From: Alkalilimnicola ehrlichii MLHE-1
GTDB taxonomy: Bacteria; Pseudomonadota; Gammaproteobacteria; Nitrococcales; Halorhodospiraceae
Length of the DNA: 32,000 bases
Assembly (NCBI RefSeq): GCF_000014785.1
Contig: NC_008340.1
Location: forward strand, 1,080,001 to 1,112,000
Direction of reading: 5' to 3'
Part shown: positions 25,164 through 32,000 of the stretch, piece by piece
How the letters are laid out: each line of letters opens with the position of its first letter
Numbering within the stretch: the stretch's first letter is position 1
The notes under the pieces: model-generated
The model's input: the letters and a program-made list of their open reading frames with translations, nothing else
Told to the model about the DNA's origin: nothing
Database searches by the model: none
Program-made: the position numbers and the translations under genes

Positions 25164-27425
25164 ATGGAGACGCCCATGGCGAGTAGCGCCGATAGCCTGG
25201 AGTTTGAGACCCGACCGCTGCGAGAGTTCACCGAGAAGGCGTACCTGGACTATTCCATGTACGTCATCCTGGACCGCGCCCTGCCCAACGTGGGGGACGG
25301 CCTGAAGCCGGTGCAGCGGCGCATCGTCTACGCCATGTCCGAGCTCGGGCTGTCCAATCTCGCCAAGTACAAAAAGAGCGCGCGCACGGTGGGTGACGTG
25401 CTGGGCAAGTACCACCCCCATGGCGATTCGGCCTGTTACGAGGCCATGGTGCTCATGGCCCAGCCCTTCTCCTACCGCTATCCGCTGGTGGACGGGCAGG
25501 GCAATTGGGGCAGCGCCGACGACCCCAAGTCCTTCGCCGCCATGCGCTATACCGAGGCGCGGCTGGCGCCGTACGCCAAGCTGCTGTTGCAGGAGCTGGG
25601 GCAGGGCACGGTGGATTGGGTGCCCAACTTCGACGGCACCATGGAGGAGCCGGGGCTGCTGCCCGCCCGTGTCCCCAATGTGCTGCTGAACGGCGGTACC
25701 GGGATCGCCGTGGGCATGGCCACGGACATCCCGCCCCACAACCTGCGCGAGGTGGTCAGCGCCTGTGTGCACCTGCTGGATGAACCGGAGGCCGATACCG
25801 TCGCCCTGATGGCCCACGTGCCCGCCCCGGACTTCCCCACCGAGGCGGAGATCATCACGGCCAAGGACGACATCCGGCGCATCTACGAGACCGGCAACGG
25901 CACCCTGCGCATGCGCGCCCGTTACGAGCGCGAGAACGGCGACATCATCGTTACCGCGCTGCCCTATCAGGTCTCCGGCAGCAAGGTGCTGGAGCAGATT
26001 GCCGGCCAGATGCAGTCGAAGAAGCTGCCGATGGTCGAGGACCTGCGCGATGAGTCGGACCACGAGAACCCCACCCGCCTGGTGATCACGCCACGCTCCA
26101 ACCGGGTGGATATCCACCGGGTGATGGAGCACCTGTTTGCCACCACCGACCTGGAGAAGAACTACCGGGTCAACCTCAACGTCATCGCCCTGGACGGCCG
26201 GCCGCGGGTGCTGGGGCTGCGCGAACTGCTGCTGGAGTGGCTGACCTTCCGGACCGATACCGTGCGCCGGCGGCTGAACTGGCGGCTGCAGAAGGTGCAG
26301 GACCGGCTGCACATCCTCGAGGGCCTGCTGATCGCCTACCTCAATATCGACGAGGTGATCGCCATCATCCGCGAGGAGGATGAGCCCAAGCCGGTGCTTA
26401 TGGCCCGTTTCGGGCTCAGTGAGCGTCAGGCCGAGGCCATCCTGGAGCTCAAGCTGCGCCACCTGGCCAAGCTCGAGGAGATGAAGATCCGCGGCGAGCA
26501 GGGGGACCTGGAGAGGGAGCGCGACGAGTTGCAGACCATCCTGGGTTCGGATGAGCGGCTGCGCGAGCTTATCAAAGAGGAGCTGCGGGCCGACGCCGAG
26601 CAGTACGGCGATGAGCGCCGCTCCCCGCTGGTGACCCGCTCCGCCGCCCGGGCCCTGGACGAGACCGACCTGATGCCCAGCGAGCCGGTCACCGTGGTGC
26701 TCTCCGAGAAGGGTTGGGTGCGCGCGGCCAAGGGCCATGAAGTGGACGCCCCCGGGCTCAACTACAAGGCGGGCGACCAGTACCGCGATCACGCCCCGGG
26801 GCGGAGTAACCAGCAGGCGGTCTTCCTGGACCACACCGGGCGCAGCTACTCGCTGACGGCACACACCCTGCCCTCGGCCCGGGGCCAGGGCGAGCCGCTG
26901 ACCGGACGGCTGTCGCCGGCCCCGGGCGCGCGCTTCGAGCACGTGCTCTGCGGCGATCCGGCCAGCCTCTGGGTGCTGGCCACCGACGCCGGCTACGGTT
27001 TTGTCTGCGCGCTCTCCGACATGTACGCCAAGAACCGCTCCGGCAAGGCACTGCTCACCGTGCCCCAGGGCGCGCGGGTACTGGCCCCGACCCCGGCCAC
27101 CGCGGACGAGGGCGCGGAGCTGGCGGCCGTCTCCAGCGGCGGCCGGTTGCTGGTCTTCCCGCTTTCCGAGCTGCCGCGACTGGCCAAGGGCAAGGGCAAC
27201 AAGATCATCGGTATCCCGGCGGCGGCGGTGAAGGCGCGCGAGGAGCTGCTGACCGGGCTGGCGGTGATCGCCCCGGGCCAGGGGCTGAGCCTGACGGTGG
27301 GGCGGCGGGGCATGACCCTGAAGCCCGACGACCTGGCCGCCTACCGCGCCCCCCGCGGCCGTCGTGGCGCGCTGTTGCCGCGTGGGCTGCGCCGGGTGGA
27401 TGCCATCGAGCCGGTGGACCTCTAA
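25164..27425 (+). CDS. parC: DNA topoisomerase IV subunit A
   Basis: 753 aa. [45 protein letters not shown] is near-identical to the E. coli ParC N-terminus. Active-site Tyr region [10 protein letters not shown]. Confidence 0.95.
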   Translation: METPMASSADSLEFETRPLREFTEKAYLDYSMYVILDRALPNVGDGLKPVQRRIVYAMSELGLSNLAKYKKSARTVGDVLGKYHPHGDSACYEAMVLMAQPFSYRYPLVDGQGNWGSADDPKSFAAMRYTEARLAPYAKLLLQELGQGTVDWVPNFDGTMEEPGLLPARVPNVLLNGGTGIAVGMATDIPPHNLREVVSACVHLLDEPEADTVALMAHVPAPDFPTEAEIITAKDDIRRIYETGNGTLRMRARYERENGDIIVTALPYQVSGSKVLEQIAGQMQSKKLPMVEDLRDESDHENPTRLVITPRSNRVDIHRVMEHLFATTDLEKNYRVNLNVIALDGRPRVLGLRELLLEWLTFRTDTVRRRLNWRLQKVQDRLHILEGLLIAYLNIDEVIAIIREEDEPKPVLMARFGLSERQAEAILELKLRHLAKLEEMKIRGEQGDLERERDELQTILGSDERLRELIKEELRADAEQYGDERRSPLVTRSAARALDETDLMPSEPVTVVLSEKGWVRAAKGHEVDAPGLNYKAGDQYRDHAPGRSNQQAVFLDHTGRSYSLTAHTLPSARGQGEPLTGRLSPAPGARFEHVLCGDPASLWVLATDAGYGFVCALSDMYAKNRSGKALLTVPQGARVLAPTPATADEGAELAAVSSGGRLLVFPLSELPRLAKGKGNKIIGIPAAAVKAREELLTGLAVIAPGQGLSLTVGRRGMTLKPDDLAAYRAPRGRRGALLPRGLRRVDAIEPVDL

Positions 27426-27444
27426 CCCGGTGCGCCGCCGGGTT
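27424..27444. terminator. Short hairpin spanning the stop codons of convergent parC and the ABC permease
   Basis: aacccgg (27424-27430) pairs with ccgggtt (27438-27444) across a 7-nt loop. It sits in the 18-nt gap between convergent genes. No U-tract. Confidence 0.3.
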
Positions 27445-28241
27445 CAGCGGGCGGCCGGGGCCGCCCCGGCCGGCAGGCGCAGTACTGCCAGCAGCGCCAG
27501 CAGGGCCACCAGCACCGGTGAGAAGGGCAGGTCGGCGGCCATGGCCAGGACAAAGGCGGCCAGGTAGCTGAGCACGCCCAGGGCCATGGACCAGGCGACG
27601 GCGCGCCGCCAGCCCGCCGCCCGGCGGTAGGCCACCCAGGCCGGGATGAAGATCAGCGCGAAGGCGGACATCACCCCCATGGCGGTGGCCGCCACCGCGA
27701 TGCCCAGGGCGGCCAGGGCCTCGAAGGCCAGGACGGTGCGCAGCACCGGGCGGCGGTTGGCCCGATCGTGGCCGGGAAAGACCTGTTCGCGCAGCAGCCG
27801 CGGCGACAGCCAGGGCAGGGCGATCAGGGCGAGCAGGGCCAGGCCGAGCGCCAACTGGAGGTGGTCGCTGCCGGTGAAATAGAGCTGGCCGTCCACCAGC
27901 GCCTGGCCGGTGAGCTTGGCGTGGTGGCTCAGCGACGCGCCCAGCAGCATGGCACTCCAGCCGAGCACGATCAGCAGCGCGTAGACATCGTTGCCCGCCC
28001 GCCGCATCAGGCCCTTCACCCCCACCGCGACCAGCGCCGTCAACAGCGCCGCCGGCAGCAGCGGGGCGCTGATCAGGCTGCCGGCCACGGCGCCGGCGCC
28101 GGCCACGTGGGCAAAGCCCAGGGCGGCCAGCCACTCCTCGCGCAGGCGCAGGTAGAGCCCCAGCACCGGCAGCAGGGCGGCGAGCACCACGCCGGTGAGA
28201 AAGGGCATCCGGAAGAGGGGGTCGAACAGCAGTTCCATCAT
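27444..28241 (-). CDS. Metal ABC transporter permease (ABC-3 / ZnuB-like)
   Basis: 265 aa, highly hydrophobic with about 8 TM segments (MMELLFDPLFRMPFLTGVVLAALLPVLGLYL..). ATGA overlap with the ATPase stop. Last gene of the SBP-ATPase-permease set. Confidence 0.85.
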   Translation of the reverse strand: MMELLFDPLFRMPFLTGVVLAALLPVLGLYLRLREEWLAALGFAHVAGAGAVAGSLISAPLLPAALLTALVAVGVKGLMRRAGNDVYALLIVLGWSAMLLGASLSHHAKLTGQALVDGQLYFTGSDHLQLALGLALLALIALPWLSPRLLREQVFPGHDRANRRPVLRTVLAFEALAALGIAVAATAMGVMSAFALIFIPAWVAYRRAAGWRRAVAWSMALGVLSYLAAFVLAMAADLPFSPVLVALLALLAVLRLPAGAAPAAR

Positions 28242-28813
28242 GCCTGGGCGGCCTCCATGTCCACGACCCGGTGACAGACCCGGTCCACCAGCGCCTGCTC
28301 GTGACTGACCATGACCACCGCCCGGTTGGCGGGCAGGGTGGCCAGGGCCTCACTGAGCAAATCCAGGCCCTCGCGATCCAGGTTGTTGCCCGGCTCGTCC
28401 AAAAGGATCAGGCGGGCGCCGCTGTAGAGCACCGCCCAGACGGCCAGGATCTGGCGCTGGCCACCGCTCAGCCGGTCCACCCGGCGGTGAGTGAGCCCGG
28501 CCAGGCGCGCGGGCAGGCCGGTGCCGTCGTGGCCCATCAGCCGGAGCAGCTCGCCCCCGGTGAGCGGGATCTCGCCGCGGGTGGCCGGGCTTTGCGCCTG
28601 CAGGGCGATACCGGCGGCGGTGTCGCGCTCGATCTGACCCTCGAAGACCCGGGCCTCGCCGGTCACCGCCTTAAGGACGGTGGATTTGCCGCAGCCGTTG
28701 GGGCCGGTCAGGCCAATGATCTCGCCGGCGCGTACCTGCAACGAAAAGGGGCCGACCACCGGGGTACGGTAGCCGGCCCGCAGGTTGCGGATGTCGAGTA
28801 AGGGAGTGTCCAT
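28238..28813 (-). CDS. Compact ABC transporter ATP-binding protein (ZnuC-like, 191 aa)
   Basis: Walker A GPNGCGKST, signature LSGGQRQ, Walker B LILLDEP, H-loop VSHE. It is shorter than typical ZnuC, which I recall as about 250 aa. Confidence 0.85.
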   Translation of the reverse strand: MDTPLLDIRNLRAGYRTPVVGPFSLQVRAGEIIGLTGPNGCGKSTVLKAVTGEARVFEGQIERDTAAGIALQAQSPATRGEIPLTGGELLRLMGHDGTGLPARLAGLTHRRVDRLSGGQRQILAVWAVLYSGARLILLDEPGNNLDREGLDLLSEALATLPANRAVVMVSHEQALVDRVCHRVVDMEAAQA

Positions 28814-28819
28814 GACGCC

Positions 28820-29698
28820 TTAGGGAACCATGGCCTCCACCCAGCGATCAATCAGCGCCAGGTAATCGTCCAGGTCACCGTTAACGGGGACCCCGGTGGG
28901 CAGCCCCTGGCTCGGCCAGCCAAGCTGCTCGGCCATAAAGTCCGGCCCGCGGCCGGGCTGGAACTCGGCCCGCAGGATGACGCCCTCGGTGCCCTCCAGC
29001 CGGCGCACCAGGTCGCGCAGGTGGGAGGCCGTGGGCTCCACGCCGGGCAGCGGCTCGACATAGCCGAGCCGTTCCACGCCCAGGCGCTCCAGCAGGTAGT
29101 CGGCGTCCTCGTGGTAGAGCAGCACGCCGGGACTCTGCGCCACGGTGGCCTCCCACTCCGGCAGGCGCGCCTCCACCGCCTCGGCGAAGCGCCGGGCATT
29201 GGCCTGATAGCTCTGGGCGTTGGCCTCGTCCAGCTCGCCCATGCGCTCGGCCAGCACCCCGGCCACGGTGGCCAGGCGCACCGGGTCCAGGTAGATGTGG
29301 GGGTTGCCCTCCGGGTGGACGTCGCCCTGGGCCCGGTCGGCGGCCACGCCGGTGCCGATGCGCTCCACCTGGGCGGCAGCCTCGAAGTAGCCGCTGCGCC
29401 CCGGACGGATGGCGGGATTGGCGGCGCCGTCGATGGCCGGCGGCAGCCAGCCGATCTCCAGCTCGGCCCCCACGGCGACCACCAGATCAGCCCGGCGCAG
29501 GTGGGTCATCATGTTCGGGCGCACGCTCAGGTAGTGGGCGTCGCGGTCCGGCGGGGCCAGGACGGTGACGTTGACGTGCTCGCCGCCGACGGTGCGGGCG
29601 AGCATGCCCATGTTGCTGGTGGTGGCCACCACGTTCATCCCGGCCTGGGCGAGACCGGCGAACAGCAACAGGGCGATTGCGAGTATCCAGCGGTGCAT
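28820..29698 (-). CDS. Periplasmic metal-binding protein, ZnuA/TroA (cluster A-I) family
   Basis: 292 aa. Signal peptide MHRWILAIALLLFAGLAQA, then ..NVVATTSNMGMLARTVGG..VTVLAPPDRDAHY..VRPNMM..DLVVAVGAELE..GNPHIYLDP, typical of ZnuA-fold SBPs. SD GAGGAG. Confidence 0.85.
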   Translation of the reverse strand: MHRWILAIALLLFAGLAQAGMNVVATTSNMGMLARTVGGEHVNVTVLAPPDRDAHYLSVRPNMMTHLRRADLVVAVGAELEIGWLPPAIDGAANPAIRPGRSGYFEAAAQVERIGTGVAADRAQGDVHPEGNPHIYLDPVRLATVAGVLAERMGELDEANAQSYQANARRFAEAVEARLPEWEATVAQSPGVLLYHEDADYLLERLGVERLGYVEPLPGVEPTASHLRDLVRRLEGTEGVILRAEFQPGRGPDFMAEQLGWPSQGLPTGVPVNGDLDDYLALIDRWVEAMVP

Positions 29699-29733
29699 TC
29701 TGTGTCTCCTCGCCTTGAATGAGTGTCACGGTT

Positions 29734-29771
29734 TGACCGCCTGGCGGGCGTAAGGGCCCGGCAGGCGGTCA
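29734..29771 (-). promoter_or_regulatory. Intercistronic stem-loop between the OMP gene and the SBP gene
   Basis: tgaccgcctg (29734-29743) pairs with caggcggtca (29762-29771): a 10-bp stem with an 18-nt GC-rich loop, inside the 89-nt gap. There is no U-tract, so it is more likely an mRNA processing, stability or attenuation element than a full terminator. Confidence 0.35.
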
Positions 29772-29787
29772 GGTTAGCCCGGTTCGA

Positions 29788-31242
29788 TCAGAAGGGGTGT
29801 GCGCCGTGCACGCCCAGGCTCAGGTTGTACTGGAGCATGAAGGAGGCACCGCGATTGGTGTGGTCGTCCTCCTTGGCGAAGTCGTTGTAGTTGAGCTGAG
29901 CTCGCAGCGCGGAAAAGTGGGTCGGGCGCCACGTGGTGTTGAGCGTGTACCGGTAGCTGGCGTCGAAGTCCTCGAACTCACCGGCGCTGCGGTCCGGCAC
30001 CAACGACTCGTTGGTCAGGCCCAGGGCCTCGAAGCGGGCGCCGACCTCCCAGCGCGGGGCGAACCCGTAGACGGCCTGGAGGTAGAGGCCGTCCTGGCGC
30101 CGGCGATCGGAGAAGCTGTCGGTGGTCTGCAGGCTGCCGTTGTTGACGCCCTGGAAGCTCTGACTCATGTAGTCGACGTCGATCTCACGCAGGAAGTACT
30201 CGCCCTGCAGTCGCAGGTTGCCGTGGCCGTAGGCACCACCGCTGTCGTACTTATAAACGGCGTCCACACCGGCGAACCAGGCATCACCGTCCCAGGATTC
30301 GTACCGGGTGCTGGAGTGCTGCTGCTCATTCTGGAAGGTGGTGGCGATCCCGTAGGAAAGCCCGAACTGGGCGGCGTGGTTGTAGCCGAGGTCCGGCGCA
30401 ATCTTGAAGAAGCCGGTAAAGAGACGGGGTCCGGAGGCATCATCGAAGGGGTTGTCGTCCCGCCAGCGCTGCCGGGTGGGGTCCCCGGTGACGGGATCGG
30501 GGGTCACCGTCACTTCCTCTACCCGGCCCGAACCGATGTAGTTGGCGATCCCGCTGGTCTCACCCTGCAGGAGTTCGACGCCGAATCGGGTATAGACCGG
30601 AGTCGCTGGCACCCAGGAGAGCTGCACCCCCTTCTCCTGCAGGCCGTGGTCACCGAACAGGAACTCGTTGACCAGTGGACGGTCGACGAAGTCCCAGTCG
30701 TGCGGGTGCTGCTTGTTGATGTAGCCGATGTCGGACAGGAACTTACCGGCCTTCACCTGCAGGCCCGCCGGCAAATTCTGGGTGGTCAGATAGGCCTCTT
30801 CCACCTCGATGCCGGAGTCGCCCTCAATGGCCAGGATCACCATGGCGTCGAAGTAGTTGTCCACCGACGCGGAGAAGGCGATCTCCGTCTCGCGCAGGTT
30901 GAAGCCCTCGTCCAGGTCATGGTCGTGGCCGTGGCCGTGGCCGTGGCCGTGGCTGTGGCTGTGGCCACTGTCAAAGCCCGCCGGGGCGTCCCACTCACCG
31001 GTGAACTCGGAGTAGTACACCCCGTCCAGGATCACCGAGAGGGCCGGGTTGAACGCGGTGCCGGAATCGACTTGCTCCCGCGTGCCGCCCAGCGGCAGCG
31101 CCTGGGCCCGAAGCCCCGGCTGATCCAGCGGGTCCCGCTGCATCTGCGAGGTCACCTCTCCATCGCCAGTCCGGTCGGCCAGCACCCCTCCCGGTGCCAG
31201 CATGACCAACGTGGCGGCAACGGCCAGCGTCTTCTTGATCAT
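29788..31242 (-). CDS. His-rich outer-membrane beta-barrel protein (candidate metal/zinc-regulated porin), family not identified
   Basis: From ATG 31242 (SD GGGGAG): signal peptide MIKKTLAVAATLVMLAPGGVLA. There is a HSHSHGHGHGHGHDHD tract and alternating amphipathic strand-like segments. The C-terminus ..LSLGVHGAHPF ends in Phe, the usual OMP beta-signal. First gene of the operon with the ZnuABC-like genes. Confidence 0.7.
   Translation of the reverse strand: MIKKTLAVAATLVMLAPGGVLADRTGDGEVTSQMQRDPLDQPGLRAQALPLGGTREQVDSGTAFNPALSVILDGVYYSEFTGEWDAPAGFDSGHSHSHGHGHGHGHDHDLDEGFNLRETEIAFSASVDNYFDAMVILAIEGDSGIEVEEAYLTTQNLPAGLQVKAGKFLSDIGYINKQHPHDWDFVDRPLVNEFLFGDHGLQEKGVQLSWVPATPVYTRFGVELLQGETSGIANYIGSGRVEEVTVTPDPVTGDPTRQRWRDDNPFDDASGPRLFTGFFKIAPDLGYNHAAQFGLSYGIATTFQNEQQHSSTRYESWDGDAWFAGVDAVYKYDSGGAYGHGNLRLQGEYFLREIDVDYMSQSFQGVNNGSLQTTDSFSDRRRQDGLYLQAVYGFAPRWEVGARFEALGLTNESLVPDRSAGEFEDFDASYRYTLNTTWRPTHFSALRAQLNYNDFAKEDDHTNRGASFMLQYNLSLGVHGAHPF
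30925..30966. repeat. Hexanucleotide tandem repeat (GTGGCC/GTGGCT) x7 encoding (Gly/Ser-His)7
   Basis: gtggcc x4, gtggct x2, gtggcc x1, read directly. On the minus strand this encodes GHSHSHGHGHGHGH within the OMP. Confidence 0.95.
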
Positions 31243-31308
31243 GATTGTGTTGCTCCCCAATGCGTGTGACGTGATGCGGCCCACGAAGGGCGTCAGGTTG
31301 GCAGGTGT

Positions 31309-31353
31309 GAAATGCAATACTGTTGCATCAAGTGGTGCAATCTATTTGCAAGA
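31309..31353. promoter_or_regulatory. Two adjacent Fur-family (Zur-like) operator palindromes upstream of the OMP-znu operon
   Basis: ATGCAAtactgTTGCAT (31312-31328, within gaaatgcaatactgttgcatcaa) and TGCAAtctatTTGCA (31336-31350). Their centres are 23 bp apart and they lie 70-110 bp upstream of the OMP start. The GAAATG..CAT ends resemble the enterobacterial Zur box GAAATGTTATAWTATAACATTTC as I remember it. Confidence 0.45.
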
Positions 31354-31431
31354 AGGCCGGCTGTCAAGCGGGCAGGCTCTATACCTTTAGGGCTAATCCG
31401 TTACACTGGAGCTCGGCAAAAGCGCGCCATT

Positions 31432-31447
31432 TGGCACCGCTTTTGCT
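31432..31447 (+). promoter_or_regulatory. Sigma-54 (-24/-12) promoter for fliL
   Basis: TGGCAC-cgctt-TTGCT has exact GG-N10-GC spacing and matches TGGCAC-N5-TTGCW. It lies 44 nt upstream of the fliL ATG. Confidence 0.6.
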
Positions 31448-31490
31448 TCTCTCTTTCTGCGTCGGATTTCTGTCGGAGGGCGGACGGTCA

Positions 31491-31976
31491 ATGGCAACAG
31501 CCACAAGCAAACAACAGGGGATGTCCAAGCTGGTGGTCATCCTGCTCATCGCGATTCTGGTCGTGCTTCTGGCCGTGGGAGGGGCAGTTGCCGCTTATCT
31601 GACGGGGATGATCGGCTCCGTCGGCAACGACGAGCCGCAGGTGGAACAGGCGCTGGACGAGCCCATCTACATCGAGCTGGACCCCGCACTGACCGTCAAC
31701 TTCGAGCGCGGTGGCCGCATCAGTTACCTGCAGGCACGGGTGCAGCTCGAGACGCGGTACGCCTCGGTGGAAGAGGCGATCGACCGGCACATGCCGGTGA
31801 TTCGCAATAATCTTCTCGACCTGTTTGCCGATCAGGACTACCAGGAGGTGAACACCCGCGCCGGCCGCGAGGCGTTGCGTCAGGCTGCCCTGGAGGAGGT
31901 CAATCAGGTGCTGGCCGAACGCGGTGTTGAGCAAAGGCTGGAGGCGGTCTACTTCACCCGCTTCGTCATGCAATAG
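31491..31976 (+). CDS. fliL: Flagellar basal-body-associated protein FliL
   Basis: From ATG 31491 (SD GGAGGG): MATATSKQQGMSKLVVILLIAILVVLLAVGG (single TM), then ..IYIELDPALTVNF..YLQARVQLETR..MPVIRNNLLDLF..GREALRQAALEEVNQVL..VEAVYFTRFVMQ, the typical FliL pattern. Confidence 0.85.
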   Translation: MATATSKQQGMSKLVVILLIAILVVLLAVGGAVAAYLTGMIGSVGNDEPQVEQALDEPIYIELDPALTVNFERGGRISYLQARVQLETRYASVEEAIDRHMPVIRNNLLDLFADQDYQEVNTRAGREALRQAALEEVNQVLAERGVEQRLEAVYFTRFVMQ

Positions 31977-31987
31977 GGGTAGGACCC

Positions 31988-32000
31988 ATGGCCCAGGACA
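31988..32000 (+). CDS. Start of next flagellar gene (probably fliM), only 4 codons visible
   Basis: ATG GCC CAG GAC A.. lies 12 nt after the fliL stop. The call rests only on the conserved fliL-fliM order, and the visible sequence is too short to test it. Confidence 0.2.

Noticed and set aside
24804-26942. 712 aa minus-strand ORF
   Set aside because: It is antisense to parC, which is near-identical to E. coli ParC at the N-terminus. The product is a low-complexity shadow.
27205-28353. 382 aa minus-strand ORF overlapping the parC end, the permease and the ATPase
   Set aside because: The product is extremely Arg/Pro/Gly/Ala-rich and is read in an alternative frame of the hydrophobic permease gene, so it is not credible as a protein.
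29797-31269. 490 aa plus-strand ORF
   Set aside because: It is antisense to the OMP gene. The OMP frame has a signal peptide, SD and C-terminal Phe beta-signal, whereas the antisense product is Val/Gly/Glu-rich with a (VA)n tract mirroring the His-codon repeat.

Overview
High-GC (by eye about 65%) proteobacterial chromosomal window, probably from a gammaproteobacterium (unverified guess). Left to right: (1) 1-8089, minus strand: a near-complete type I-E CRISPR-Cas operon, cas3-cse1-cse2-cas7-cas5-cas6e-cas1. The genes are chained by ATGA or short overlaps. cas1 runs off the left edge, so cas2 and the array are not in view. cas6e is split between two reading frames. (2) 8090-8906: a lower-GC junction with only small or degenerate ORFs. 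(3) 8907-19776: a six-gene glycogen/alpha-glucan cluster in two divergent operons, glgB-glgA-glgP on minus and glgC-GH57-malQ on plus. (4) 19777-21160: a small secreted-protein gene, then a roughly 740 bp non-coding array of imperfect palindromic repeat modules. It is not a CRISPR array. (5) 21163-24183: small accessory genes (orphan ORF, CopD-like membrane protein, NifX/NifB-like protein with a CCGHH tail, O-methyltransferase, ceramidase-like membrane protein). (6) A lytic transglycosylase and parC. (7) 27444-31353, minus strand: a metal (probably zinc) uptake operon encoding a His-rich outer-membrane beta-barrel, a ZnuA-like binding protein, a compact ATPase and a permease, preceded by twin Fur/Zur-like palindromes. 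(8) A sigma-54-type promoter, fliL and the first codons of a probable fliM. The items most worth follow-up are the broken cas6e, the missing canonical start for the conserved glgB N-terminus, the repeat array, and the His-rich OMP plus ABC importer with its twin operators. All calls rest on reading the translations and sequence by eye; no searches were run.
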